Source: a virus. Taken from it: 64,000 bases of DNA. The notes under the pieces are model-generated. The model was not told where the DNA came from and did not search any database. It saw only the letters and a list, made by a program, of their open reading frames with translations. Where the stretch lies: IMG/VR virus record IMGVR_UViG_3300043410_001242. One strand, 5' to 3'. Positions 23,820 through 34,299 of the stretch are shown piece by piece (within the stretch, counting starts at the first letter, position 1; each line of letters starts with the position of its first letter). The position numbers were made by a program, and so were the translations under genes.

Positions 23820-24562
23820 AAATCTACTTAAGTTGTACTGCAAATCTTGGAGACTTTCTTAATGCAATGCCCGTTTTATCGGGCATTCACAACTCTTATG
23901 GTAAATTTGAATTCATCATAAGAAATGAAATGAAGAAGTTTAATGGTATTAAACATTTCTTATCACATCAACAATTATTCACTGATGTTTTTTATGATGA
24001 TGAAGTCATTCTGTATGGAGAACAACCATTATACTTATCATCATGGACAAGAGAGGATAGAAATTCAGATATTAGACCTGTAGAAACTTGTCGATATGAA
24101 AATTGGATAAGAGACAACTACAATTTAAACTTCGAAGTTGATGATAACTTCACTCTGAAATTACCAGAGGTTGAAATTGAATTTAATAATGATCGATATA
24201 TCTTGGGTGACAGGTGGGATGAGACATTAGATCCAAGTGTCGATTCAAGACGAAAGACCAGAGTTCTTGAGGACAGTGGTAAATTCGATAATAATGAAGT
24301 TCATTATCTTGACTACAACCAAGATTTGTGTTATAATGTTAATATCATAAAATTCAGTGAAAAACCATTCATAACTACATTTACTGGCATCGGTATTTTG
24401 TCCGATCTTCTAGGAAAAGAAACTTATGTCTTGTGGGATGATGACATGGAGTTCTGGGATGGAAGACCAGTTCAATATGACTTTGAACGACACTATTATG
24501 CCGACAGGAAAAGTAAGTTGAGATATATAAAAGATTTTAATTTGGGAGAACTAAATGATTGA
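23816..24562 (+). CDS. glycosyltransferase-like (GT-B, GT9-like N-terminus)
   Basis: NLGDFLNAMPVL; in glycan cluster. Confidence 0.45.
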   Translation: MKIYLSCTANLGDFLNAMPVLSGIHNSYGKFEFIIRNEMKKFNGIKHFLSHQQLFTDVFYDDEVILYGEQPLYLSSWTREDRNSDIRPVETCRYENWIRDNYNLNFEVDDNFTLKLPEVEIEFNNDRYILGDRWDETLDPSVDSRRKTRVLEDSGKFDNNEVHYLDYNQDLCYNVNIIKFSEKPFITTFTGIGILSDLLGKETYVLWDDDMEFWDGRPVQYDFERHYYADRKSKLRYIKDFNLGELND

Positions 24563-25085
24563 CTTTGAAAAAGACTATCAGACAGCATTAAGAACAACTA
24601 CTGATATTAATGAACATTTACCAGTTTTATCTGATCTTGCATCAAAATGCAGTCATGTGACCGAACTTGGTGTTGGTTGGGCTCAAAGTACCAGAGCATT
24701 TCTGAGAAACGATGTTGTGTTACACAGTTATGAATATATGCCACAACCTGGTATCGAACAATATTTCGAAGAATGCAAAAAGTCGGGCCGTAATGTAACT
24801 CTTCATGTTGCAGATACTCGTCTTGTTGAAATTGAACCAACCGATATGATGTTGGTTGATAGTCTTCATGTTTACGAACAGGTTAAAGAAGAATTGCGTT
24901 TACACGCGGATAAAGTGAAGAAGTTTATTGTCTTTCACGATACTACAACTTTTGAATCTGTTGGTGAATTTGGTGGTAAAGGCATTTGGCCAGCAGTTCA
25001 AGAATTTCTTGAAGATCATCCAGAGTGGCAGATTAAAGAACGTAGAACTAATAACAATGGTTTGACGGTTTTACATCGTGTCTAA
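24555..25085 (+). CDS. class I SAM methyltransferase (Methyltransf_24-like)
   Basis: VTELGV, VDSLHVY, IVFHDT, NNNGL. Confidence 0.75.
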   Translation: MIDFEKDYQTALRTTTDINEHLPVLSDLASKCSHVTELGVGWAQSTRAFLRNDVVLHSYEYMPQPGIEQYFEECKKSGRNVTLHVADTRLVEIEPTDMMLVDSLHVYEQVKEELRLHADKVKKFIVFHDTTTFESVGEFGGKGIWPAVQEFLEDHPEWQIKERRTNNNGLTVLHRV

Positions 25086-25812
25086 AATTTCATTTTGGCA
25101 TTGTGCATCTATTCGTAAAAATGCCACTGAACAAGTAATCTCAAATATAAGACAGTACCATCCAGACAGTTATTACTTTTTGTGTGTTGATGCAACAGAA
25201 AGTTATGAAAAGATGGCTGACAAGTATCAATGTGATTACTTGTATTGCAATGAAAAATTAGGTTATCCTGATGCATCATATGGTTATGATTTGAATAGGG
25301 TTTTGGAATTCTTGCGAAGATTCCATATAGCATGCATTCGTTGTAAAACTGATCATATAATGATGGTAGAAGATGATGTTTGGCTGTTAAATCCAGTAAC
25401 AATTAATACTGATTGGGAAATGGCATGTCATCATATCACACATGGTAATGTAATACCTGATAGTGTTATAGGTATGATACAACAATATTCGGGTAAAATG
25501 CCTTTGACAAAACATTATTGTGGTGCTGGTGGATCAATCTTCAATGTCAAAACGTTTGTAGACAACTATGACAACATAATCAAGTTCTTTAAAGACAATT
25601 TTGATCATATACAAAAAGAATTATATCCAACTATAGGCTGGATTGATTGTTTTATGGTTGTTTATTTTTATCTTTGTGGTAAGGACTTGTCAGTTAATAA
25701 TAATCTGGTTGATACACACAACCATGCACCAGGTTTTGATTATGAATCTTTTGTAACTGGTTTGCCTTCTAATATTGAAATCGTTAATAATTATAAGAAG
25801 TTTTATTGGTGA
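25078..25812 (+). CDS. glycosyltransferase-like protein
   Basis: MMVEDDV DxD-type motif; in glycan cluster. Confidence 0.5.
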   Translation: MSKISFWHCASIRKNATEQVISNIRQYHPDSYYFLCVDATESYEKMADKYQCDYLYCNEKLGYPDASYGYDLNRVLEFLRRFHIACIRCKTDHIMMVEDDVWLLNPVTINTDWEMACHHITHGNVIPDSVIGMIQQYSGKMPLTKHYCGAGGSIFNVKTFVDNYDNIIKFFKDNFDHIQKELYPTIGWIDCFMVVYFYLCGKDLSVNNNLVDTHNHAPGFDYESFVTGLPSNIEIVNNYKKFYW

Positions 25813-25815
25813 TAT

Positions 25816-26517
25816 ATGTCTGATGTGATTAATATTCCGTTTGGTACTTTTGGCCAAACTATTAGAAATGGTGATATGATAGGTATTGCAAATGTAGTTC
25901 AATATCTAAGAAAAGACAATAAACAACTAAAGTTTTATATTCAGAGAAACAATATACAACAAACTGATTACTGTTTAAAGTTCTATGACTTTTTGTGTGA
26001 AAACACAAGTTACTTCTCTACAGTTCCTGGAGATAAAGACTTATCTTGGAAGAATGTCAATGTTTGGGATTTTAGAGACATATCCGGTGATCAGGTTTCC
26101 ATACGAAACAAAAAAGAAATAGAAAACAAAATTGTTGTTTTTCCTGTTCTTGACGCACCATATAATACATATAGAAATTGGCCTAAAGACTTGTTGCAAA
26201 GCATCTTAAAAGAAAGTTCAACTTTCTATGAAAAAAAGATACTGTGTGTCAAAGAACAAATTGATAATTTGGATCTGCATGGATTTGAAATCAGTACAGA
26301 CTTTATGACTAACATAGAACACATAATGACTTGTCATACGTTTGTTGGAGGTGATACTGGCACATCACATTTCGCATCTGCATTGAATAGAGGCCCAATA
26401 GATCTGGTATATTACTACTCAAGTCGAGGATTGATACACACTATGCCATTTTACTTATTGGATGGTAAAGGAACAATAAAAACATATTGGGGAAATTTTG
26501 AAGGCACGACTTGGTAA
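25816..26517 (+). CDS. GT9 heptosyltransferase-like protein
   Basis: RNGD, RNWP, FVGGDTGTSHFASAL. Confidence 0.6.
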   Translation: MSDVINIPFGTFGQTIRNGDMIGIANVVQYLRKDNKQLKFYIQRNNIQQTDYCLKFYDFLCENTSYFSTVPGDKDLSWKNVNVWDFRDISGDQVSIRNKKEIENKIVVFPVLDAPYNTYRNWPKDLLQSILKESSTFYEKKILCVKEQIDNLDLHGFEISTDFMTNIEHIMTCHTFVGGDTGTSHFASALNRGPIDLVYYYSSRGLIHTMPFYLLDGKGTIKTYWGNFEGTTW

Positions 26518-26520
26518 TAT

Positions 26521-26528
26521 TATAAATA
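26521..26528 (+). promoter_or_regulatory. T4-type late promoter
   Basis: TATAAATA. Confidence 0.7.
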
Positions 26529-26566
26529 CCTACATGTCAACCACAGTGTGTTGTAGAAGGTAATAC

Positions 26567-28381
26567 ATGAAATCATTTTCTTATTATTTGCAAGAGTCTG
26601 TTTATGATAATCTTGGAGGTTCAAGAGGTCATTACAGACATCCAGAAGAACTCTTTTTAGATCATGGCAAAGAGGGTGCAGTAGCTGCACACAAATTGTT
26701 ACATGATACCGCACACAATAGACATCCTCTACAAAAGAAGGGTGACGGTTCTCTTGCTTTCCATATATTGACAAACGTTCAAGGAAAGAAAGGCGTAGCA
26801 ACCAAATCTATTGATAATAAAGAACCAAAGATTAATTATACACATGACGATATTGAAAGAAATCACGGCCATGCTCCAGGATTAGCACAGAAATTACACG
26901 CATTGCTTGATAATGCGGATAAAATCTCTGGAAGCAATAGACACATATCAGGTGAATTTTTATTTACTCCAGATGAAGTAGAACATAAAGATGGGCAAGC
27001 ATCATTTAAACCAAACACAATCAAAAATATGGTTGGTGATGACGCTGAGGCACAAAGAATCAAAAATGCCAAGGTCGGAGTGGCAATGCACTCAGCATTC
27101 GACAATAAAGGATCAAGAAAACCGCTTGAACCGGGGGATGTTCGCGAGCATCCAGACGTTTATAACATGGATCTTTCGGCGCCAAAAATAAACAAGACGC
27201 CTGAAACTTCTAAACATCTGAAGAACCTTTCTGACACCATCAGAAGAACTCCATCTCAGGCTTTTGATTATGTTAGTCAGCCACATATAAGAGATCACTT
27301 TAAAACCTATATCAATAAGACCGTGCGTGATGGATCATCACCAAATACTGATGACTTCATAAAACACATCTCAGACACTCATCAAAAACTTATTGATAAG
27401 GTAAAAACTGATAAGGCAAAAGAACAGAAGATGGCGGCAAGAAATTCCGAACTTGCTGACGTAACTCAAAATAAGAAACATCTCGATCATGCCTTTAAAG
27501 TGCATCATGCAACTGTTGCTGCTAAAGATCATCTTGTTGATTTAATTAATAAACATGATTCTACCAGTAAAGTTACGCACCACCTAGAAAATGGAGACGG
27601 AACATATCGCCAAACAGGTGCTGAGGGTTGGACATTCGATTCACCACAACACTCGACTATCAATACGTTGAAACTTGTTAATCGTGGTGATTTTAGTAGA
27701 AACAATTTCAACCTAAATTCTCGTTTTAGAAAGCCTGTTAATGAATCTCTTTGGGTACATACACTTAATGAATCATTAACCAATTATAACCCTCAAAGCA
27801 ACCATGCTGTCTTGACTTTCGGTCGATTCTCACCTCCACACAAAGAACATAGTCACTTAGTTGATGCTGTGGTTGATCACGCAAATGAAATTGGCGGAGA
27901 CCCTCATGTTTTTGTTAGTCACTCACACGATAAAGATAAAAATCCATTAACTGGAAACGAAAAAGTTGCAATTTTAAGAACATCTCATCCAGAATATAGA
28001 CACATTTTTCATACATCTTCAAAACAGTCACCCAGTATATTCCACGCTCTTGCCAACCTACATGCAAAGGGATACAAACATGCAACAGTTGTGTTGGGTG
28101 ATGACCGTGTTGAGGAAATGAGAAACAGTCTGCACTCTTACAATGGTCAGTTTGATAAACACGGTAGAGGTTATAAATTTGACTCTATCAACGTTATGAC
28201 TAGACATGATCAAAATAATATGAGAGACGCATCTGGACGTGACGGTGTTCATGCCTCAGACGTTAGAAAAGCAGCCAGAGAAGGCGACATTGAACTGGTT
28301 AAATCACAATTACATCCCAATTTAAGTATGGGTATGGTCAGATCAATCGTAAATAGAATTCAACAGAGGACAAAAAAGTAA
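26567..28381 (+). CDS. fusion: ligase-like/DUF6267-type N domain + HIGH-class cytidylyltransferase-like C domain
   Basis: H..HPEE, K.DGS, KLVNR..FS; TFGRFSPPHKEH, KNPL, GDDRV, ASDVR. Confidence 0.7.
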   Translation: MKSFSYYLQESVYDNLGGSRGHYRHPEELFLDHGKEGAVAAHKLLHDTAHNRHPLQKKGDGSLAFHILTNVQGKKGVATKSIDNKEPKINYTHDDIERNHGHAPGLAQKLHALLDNADKISGSNRHISGEFLFTPDEVEHKDGQASFKPNTIKNMVGDDAEAQRIKNAKVGVAMHSAFDNKGSRKPLEPGDVREHPDVYNMDLSAPKINKTPETSKHLKNLSDTIRRTPSQAFDYVSQPHIRDHFKTYINKTVRDGSSPNTDDFIKHISDTHQKLIDKVKTDKAKEQKMAARNSELADVTQNKKHLDHAFKVHHATVAAKDHLVDLINKHDSTSKVTHHLENGDGTYRQTGAEGWTFDSPQHSTINTLKLVNRGDFSRNNFNLNSRFRKPVNESLWVHTLNESLTNYNPQSNHAVLTFGRFSPPHKEHSHLVDAVVDHANEIGGDPHVFVSHSHDKDKNPLTGNEKVAILRTSHPEYRHIFHTSSKQSPSIFHALANLHAKGYKHATVVLGDDRVEEMRNSLHSYNGQFDKHGRGYKFDSINVMTRHDQNNMRDASGRDGVHASDVRKAAREGDIELVKSQLHPNLSMGMVRSIVNRIQQRTKK

Positions 28382-28385
28382 TAAA

Positions 28386-29507
28386 ATGAAAGACTTAAAG
28401 AATTTTCTTGGTCAAATTTCACGATACAAAAAGAAGAGTGAAATATTTGGTGAAAACAAGGCTATTTTTGTGACTGGTGTGCCTGGTTCTGGAAAAGATG
28501 TGATTATTAGAGAGATACTCTCGCATGTTGATATAACAGAAATAAACCATCTACAGGCCTACAACTATCTTCAGGATAAGAAAAGACTGAATGAGAAAAG
28601 CAACGACTATCGTAGAGAATCATTCAGAAATCACTTTCCAATAATCATTAATGCTCCAGCTGACGATTTTGATAAAATTAATTATATCAAAGAAGAACTG
28701 GAGAAATTGGGATATTCATCCTTAATGGTTTTTGTTAATACCACCAATTCGGTCAGTAAAGAACGAAATGAAAACTTATCTAGGATGATGATAGAAGCTG
28801 TCAGACATAATAGATGGTCTTTATCGCAAAATAATAAATCAGTCTATAAGGACATATTTGAAAATTTCATACAAATTGATAACAATGACACTCTAGAAGA
28901 GATACAAGAAGAAATTCAATTTGTATACAAGAAAATTAATAAATATCTTGTTTCCGAGTCAAAACCGTCCATTATTAAACTTAATCCGGAATTAACGGCT
29001 GACGGTCCTGCTGATGTAACACCAGATAATCGTCCTGGTGAATCCAAACACGGTGATGATATTAAAGGTGATACACCGGCGAGAAAGAATCCGAATAAGT
29101 CATATATCTTCAAAACATATAGTGAAGATGCAAAATTGGTTGTGTTCCCAGAACCTAAAAAGAGCAATTTCTCGAAAGACAAAGAATCTAAAAAGAAAGA
29201 TACCACATCTCCAAACGTAAATCAAAGATTGAGAAACACAAGTGGTATAAGCCCAGAATTTGATACACGACAGCAGGGTACTGTATATCCCATGTCCGGT
29301 CTTGGTGATGTTACTTATAGAGAAAGCAGAGACTTCAAAGGCTTTAGAAATAAATTAAAAGAAGCAATTGATGATCCTGGTGCAGTAGATATGGGAGTTG
29401 GTGGAACACTAAATGGTGCCACTAATAAAGAACCTATGCAGTCTTATAAAGATCAAGAAAGAAACATTGGTATTAAAATAAAGAAAAAAGGAAACAAAAA
29501 TGTTTAA
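28386..29507 (+). CDS. P-loop kinase-like N domain + low-complexity tail
   Basis: AIFVTGVPGSGKD, MVFVNT...S.ERN..R. Confidence 0.6.
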   Translation: MKDLKNFLGQISRYKKKSEIFGENKAIFVTGVPGSGKDVIIREILSHVDITEINHLQAYNYLQDKKRLNEKSNDYRRESFRNHFPIIINAPADDFDKINYIKEELEKLGYSSLMVFVNTTNSVSKERNENLSRMMIEAVRHNRWSLSQNNKSVYKDIFENFIQIDNNDTLEEIQEEIQFVYKKINKYLVSESKPSIIKLNPELTADGPADVTPDNRPGESKHGDDIKGDTPARKNPNKSYIFKTYSEDAKLVVFPEPKKSNFSKDKESKKKDTTSPNVNQRLRNTSGISPEFDTRQQGTVYPMSGLGDVTYRESRDFKGFRNKLKEAIDDPGAVDMGVGGTLNGATNKEPMQSYKDQERNIGIKIKKKGNKNV

Positions 29508-30954
29508 CAACAAATTTACTAAGAAAGACCCGATTGCGGATGCAGCACTGAAGGTTATGGAATCATGGGACGATGATGAAGATGATGATGTAAAACGTGC
29601 AGATGCAGAACTCGCGAGAATGAAGGCCAAGCCAATTGAAGCAGACAAGAAGACTGATCCAGATAAGGAAATTTCTAAGTTAGCAAAGAAGACTCCAAAG
29701 GAAGTTGATGAAGCAGTAAGTGCAAAGAGTGCTATTAGTGATATACAGAAAACACTTAATAATCCTAAAGAATATGCAAAAATTAAGGGAGAACCTAAGA
29801 AGTGGACTGGTCCTAAAAAAGGAGACTATGGATATCCACATGCCTCTGGTCATGGATATGGTTCTAAAAAAGAAGAAACCGAAGTCAATGAAGACAAATG
29901 GACAGATATTGCTGACGGTCCTTGGAAGAAATCTAAACTTAAAACTACACAACAACGTGCTAGTGCTGCCGCTAATGCTGCTGGTAAAGGACTGAAAGGT
30001 GCTCAACATAAACTTGATGTTGCTAAACCAAAGGGTAAACTTACTGCTGCTGATTTCAAGGAACTTCGTAAGGAAGAATCGGAACAGATTGATGAATTGT
30101 CCACAAATACTTTAAATTCATATTCAAAAAAAGCTTCAAATGACTTAGATTCATCTTCTTTTTATCGATATGATTCTAAAGTTCCAGGTGCTAAATCTTT
30201 AAATGCGAAAAAGGATCACACTGAAAAGAAAAGAGAGTCTGGAATTAATAGAGCAGATAATATTATCAAGAAACGCGAAAACGCGGAAAAATCTAAATCA
30301 GTATTAAATAAATTTAAATCAAAATTAGGTTTTAAAGAAGAAGTAGAAATTCAAGAAAAGACTCTGACTCCTGCTGAATCTAAGAAGAAAGAAGAAATTG
30401 TAAAGTCTATGAAGAAGGGTGCAAAAGGTTTCAAGGAAAGATATGGTAAGAGAGCAAAGGAAGTAATGTATGCAACTGCTACTAAACAAGCAAAGAAAGT
30501 TGCTGAAGAAATCGAATCTGTAGATGAGAAAGTTAAGGTTAAGGTATCAACCGACAAACCAATCGGTTATAAAGTTTCTGATATTGGCCCTGGCAAAAAG
30601 GAATATAATGTAAAGACTGATAAGGCTTGGGATGACGCACAGAAGAAAAAGAAAAATGTTTCTGAATCACAAGGTCCAACAACTACGTATTCTTCTGATA
30701 CATTTGTTCAGAATGCAAATACAAGTAGTAATCCTTCACCTCTTTCTAGAGCAAAAGAACTGGCACGTTCAGCAATGTCTAGAATGAAAAATGAGATGTT
30801 GGGAAAAGCTGGAGCAACTTCAGAAGAAATTGATCCAAATGTAAGATCTACTGATACTCTAAAGGGTAGAGTTGCAGGCGGCAAAAAGGATGTTGTCGGA
30901 CCAGGTTCAGACGGAAAATCAACAAAGGTGAAATACACTCCAGGACCAAAGTAA
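29500..30954 (+). CDS. K/E-rich probable internal head protein
   Basis: repeated (I/V/L)xE sites: VDEA, VNED, IDEL, IQEK, VDEK, VSES. Confidence 0.55.
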   Translation: MFNNKFTKKDPIADAALKVMESWDDDEDDDVKRADAELARMKAKPIEADKKTDPDKEISKLAKKTPKEVDEAVSAKSAISDIQKTLNNPKEYAKIKGEPKKWTGPKKGDYGYPHASGHGYGSKKEETEVNEDKWTDIADGPWKKSKLKTTQQRASAAANAAGKGLKGAQHKLDVAKPKGKLTAADFKELRKEESEQIDELSTNTLNSYSKKASNDLDSSSFYRYDSKVPGAKSLNAKKDHTEKKRESGINRADNIIKKRENAEKSKSVLNKFKSKLGFKEEVEIQEKTLTPAESKKKEEIVKSMKKGAKGFKERYGKRAKEVMYATATKQAKKVAEEIESVDEKVKVKVSTDKPIGYKVSDIGPGKKEYNVKTDKAWDDAQKKKKNVSESQGPTTTYSSDTFVQNANTSSNPSPLSRAKELARSAMSRMKNEMLGKAGATSEEIDPNVRSTDTLKGRVAGGKKDVVGPGSDGKSTKVKYTPGPK

Positions 30955-32069
30955 TGGATAAATCAGCTGAAAAACTAAAATCACTGATTAAAGGAAAAGT
31001 CAAGGACCGTCCCACTTTTGGGACGGATCCTAACGATCCATGGTCAGTTAAATCAAATGTCAATGAATCTGGTGAACTTGACAAATACTTGAAATACAAA
31101 GGTATTGATCCTACACGTTTAAGCAGAGAAGCTAAATTATCTCATGCGAAAAGTAGTTTATTTTCAAAATGGAAATCCGACCGCAAATTCAACGAAGAAA
31201 CTGTCATATCTGAAGATGAACTTCTTAATGCATATCTGAAAACGAAAGGTTTGAATCCAAAGACTGCAAGTAAAATTTCTAAAATCTCAGCTTCGAAGAC
31301 TGGTGATTTTGAGAAGTGGAAGAGAGATCATGCTAGGGGTGGTAGACTTCCTGTTCCACCAAAAACAGAACAAGTTACATACCAAAGTTCTCCCACACTA
31401 AAAAGACAGAGAGTGCTGGATAGAGCCTTTAAGAAATCAAGACCAATTCGTATAGCTGGACCAGATATGCATAAAAATCTGCATAAAGGTACCACACATT
31501 TTGAAGAGGTTGATAAAAAAGATACCATCACAATGGATATTCCATTGTTAATTCGTATGCTTGAGTTATCCCGCGAAGACATTAAAACTGATGCCGAGTT
31601 GCACAGAGTTGTTGAGAAACTTATAGAAATCAGAAACAAGGGAACTCTGACCATGGATGACTATGAGTTTGTTTCTAAACTAAAAGAATCTTTACAATTG
31701 GAAGATGTATATCAAGATTCATTTGCAGCTACTCAGACTACAGGTCCAGAGATAATGAATTCTGATGACACCAGTAAGAATGCTTCAGACTCTATTTCTA
31801 GAAAAGCGAAGTTAATTAAGAGTATAGTCAAGAAAGGTGTTGTTAAAGAAGACCTTTATGATCATGAGAAAGAAGATAAGTCCGTTTCGACTCCAGGAAA
31901 ACCAAAAGTGGTAAAAGACATAAATCGTCCTTTAGCTGCGGCTGTAGTTACTGGTGGAAAAACTTTAACAGGTCAAGGCAGAGATGATATCGAATTGGAT
32001 CCCATGATGAGGCATCGTCCTGCATCACAGGATGTAATCAAAAGTAACAAGACCAATAACAATAAATAG
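30954..32069 (+). CDS. probable internal head protein
   Basis: duplicated ExxLxxYLKxKG.xP module; xxE sites; MDIPLLIRMLE. Confidence 0.5.
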   Translation: MDKSAEKLKSLIKGKVKDRPTFGTDPNDPWSVKSNVNESGELDKYLKYKGIDPTRLSREAKLSHAKSSLFSKWKSDRKFNEETVISEDELLNAYLKTKGLNPKTASKISKISASKTGDFEKWKRDHARGGRLPVPPKTEQVTYQSSPTLKRQRVLDRAFKKSRPIRIAGPDMHKNLHKGTTHFEEVDKKDTITMDIPLLIRMLELSREDIKTDAELHRVVEKLIEIRNKGTLTMDDYEFVSKLKESLQLEDVYQDSFAATQTTGPEIMNSDDTSKNASDSISRKAKLIKSIVKKGVVKEDLYDHEKEDKSVSTPGKPKVVKDINRPLAAAVVTGGKTLTGQGRDDIELDPMMRHRPASQDVIKSNKTNNNK

Positions 32070-32102
32070 TAATACAAACTTATAAGTTTTAGGAGAAATA
32101 AA

Positions 32103-32687
32103 ATGCCATCTTGGGGTAATACCGACTCACTTGCGGATAAACCACACTTTCCTTTTGAAAGACAGGTTCGTCCTTTCGCTTCATTCGTTACTGCTAACAC
32201 TACCAGCGCAGGCAACACCATTGTATTCACTGGTGTGAACTCGGCTACTGCTGCCAACGTTGGTGTTGTTGCTGGAATGTATGTTTATTGTGCTAATGTA
32301 TCAACTACTGGTGAACAGGAGTTCTTTGTATCAAATAACGTTGTAAGATCAGTAAGTGGAAATACCATTACACTGTCAAATAATGTTTTTGGTTCAATTG
32401 CATCTGGTACAACCGTAGATATTGGTGTCGCAATCCAATATAATTCAAATGTTGCAAACACATACTTTGCCGACACCGTTCTTGTATCAACTACTCGTAT
32501 GGCCAACACTGTTGGTTTTGCAAATACTGAAACCAGTCATCCAGGTTGGGTATATGTACAAACTGGAACTGGTGGTCGTGCAGGTCGTGTCCAAACTGAA
32601 GTTCTTGTTGCTCTTGCGAACACTGCTACTGCAAATGTTCTTTCAGGTAACACAAGTAACTCACAAGTCTACTACGCTGGACTATAA
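32103..32687 (+). CDS. virion structural/decoration-type protein
   Basis: MPSWGNTD, H.GWV..GGRAGRVQTEVLVA; T/N/G-rich; late-like AATAAATA upstream. Confidence 0.55.
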   Translation: MPSWGNTDSLADKPHFPFERQVRPFASFVTANTTSAGNTIVFTGVNSATAANVGVVAGMYVYCANVSTTGEQEFFVSNNVVRSVSGNTITLSNNVFGSIASGTTVDIGVAIQYNSNVANTYFADTVLVSTTRMANTVGFANTETSHPGWVYVQTGTGGRAGRVQTEVLVALANTATANVLSGNTSNSQVYYAGL

Positions 32688-32716
32688 TATAGGGGGATTT
32701 ATTTCCCCCTTACATT

Positions 32717-33100
32717 ATGCAAAATCTAACTGAAGACAACTTTCTGATATATGCAATGAAGTGCTATAATGCGCCTCATTGCATTATGTCGGAGTTTGAA
32801 AGTGACATCAAGAGAACTAAATATCTAAAGAGATTGTTTCGTAGATATAAAGTAACAAAAATATTAAAAGAAAGACTAATACTCAATCATATAATTCTAT
32901 TAAATAATGTTTTTGGTCCTGTACCAACATCAAGAATATTATTTTATAAAATTGATGAACGCGACTATGATATTCTAAAAACGTTCTTAGAATATCTGGA
33001 TATAATGCCAGAAGAGGTCAGAGGCATTAGAGGTAAGATCATACACACTTCTGATATTCCCTTAGATAATAACATCGCAGAGATACTGTTAAAGATATGA
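32717..33100 (+). CDS. conserved T4-like hypothetical protein
   Basis: LTEDNFLIYAMK.Y, LKERLILNHII.L.NVFG. Confidence 0.7.
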   Translation: MQNLTEDNFLIYAMKCYNAPHCIMSEFESDIKRTKYLKRLFRRYKVTKILKERLILNHIILLNNVFGPVPTSRILFYKIDERDYDILKTFLEYLDIMPEEVRGIRGKIIHTSDIPLDNNIAEILLKI

Positions 33101-33495
33101 AAACATTCAAACAATTCCTAGAAGAAATGAAAAACCCTTGCTGGAAGGGTTATAAAGCATACGGAATGAAAAAGAAGGGTGGAAAAACCGTTCCTAATTG
33201 TGTCAAAGAAGAAACTCAATTAGATGAAAAGTCTGCTGCATGGCAACGTAAAGAGGGAAAGAACCCAGAAGGCGGTCTCAACAGAAAGGGTATTGCATCC
33301 TATCGTAGAGAGAATCCAGGTTCTAAGTTAAGTATGGCAGTAACTACTCCACCATCTAAACTAAAGAAGGACAGTAAAGCCGCAAAACGCAGAAAGTCAT
33401 TTTGTGCAAGAATGGGTGGTATGCCTGGTCCAATGAAGGATGAAAAGGGTAGACCAACCAGAAAGGCATTATCACTAAGAAAGTGGAATTGCTAA
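33097..33495 (+). CDS. basic conserved phage protein, probable internal protein
   Basis: CWKGY..G.K..VPNCV, AWQRKEGKN..GGLN, RRKSFCARM, SLRKWNC. Confidence 0.7.
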   Translation: MKTFKQFLEEMKNPCWKGYKAYGMKKKGGKTVPNCVKEETQLDEKSAAWQRKEGKNPEGGLNRKGIASYRRENPGSKLSMAVTTPPSKLKKDSKAAKRRKSFCARMGGMPGPMKDEKGRPTRKALSLRKWNC

Positions 33496-33686
33496 TGAAA
33501 TCATTCAAACAATTTATAAATGAAGATGGAATGGGTGGCGGAGCAATTGCCGCTGGCCCAACCAACGTAGTTGGTAGTGGTGCAATTGCTGGTAGCGGGG
33601 GAAAAGGCGGTGAACCAGGCGTTCATATGAAAAAGAGAAAAAACAGTCCGGTGATGGGATATATTAGACGGAGAAAAACTGTATGA
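33495..33686 (+). CDS. small Gly-rich probable internal protein
   Basis: MKSFKQFINE..PTN.VGSGAIAG..GEPGV. Confidence 0.6.
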   Translation: MKSFKQFINEDGMGGGAIAAGPTNVVGSGAIAGSGGKGGEPGVHMKKRKNSPVMGYIRRRKTV

Positions 33687-34297
33687 TTTTAAATGATTCG
33701 TTATTGTCTAGTATGTTAACACGAAACAAAAATGTATCATCGTTAACAGAAATATTCAATGAGTTGTTTTCAAAATATGAAATAAACACAATAAACAGAA
33801 TCTCTGGATTCTTGGCACAATGTGGTCATGAATCCAATGATTTTACTGTGTTAAAGGAAAACTTGAATTACTCTGCTGATGGTTTAAATAAAGTTTTCCC
33901 AAAGTATTTCAAGAATGCTGGACGAAATGCAAATGACTATGCAAGAAATCCAGAGAAGATTGCTAATGTGGTATATGCTAATAGAATGGGTAATGGTGAC
34001 ACATCCTCTGGTGACGGATGGAAATACAGAGGTCGTGGTGCCATACAATTAACTGGTAAGGATAATTATTCTAGTTTTGCAAAGTATATTGGTAAATCTC
34101 TAGATGAAACTGTATCTTATTGTGAAACATTACAGGGTGCAGTAGAGTCTGCATGTTGGTTTTGGAAAACCAGAAATTTAAATGAGACTTGTGACAAAGA
34201 TGATATCGTCACAATGACCAAAAAGATTAATGGCGGAACGATAGGGTTAGAAGACAGAAAGAAACATTACAATAACAATAAAAAAATTCTTGGTTAA
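33683..34297 (+). CDS. GH19 chitinase-like endolysin
   Basis: FLAQCGHES, ENLNYS, YRGRGAIQLTG, TKKINGG..GLEDR. Confidence 0.92.
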   Translation: MILNDSLLSSMLTRNKNVSSLTEIFNELFSKYEINTINRISGFLAQCGHESNDFTVLKENLNYSADGLNKVFPKYFKNAGRNANDYARNPEKIANVVYANRMGNGDTSSGDGWKYRGRGAIQLTGKDNYSSFAKYIGKSLDETVSYCETLQGAVESACWFWKTRNLNETCDKDDIVTMTKKINGGTIGLEDRKKHYNNNKKILG

Positions 34298-34299
34298 TT

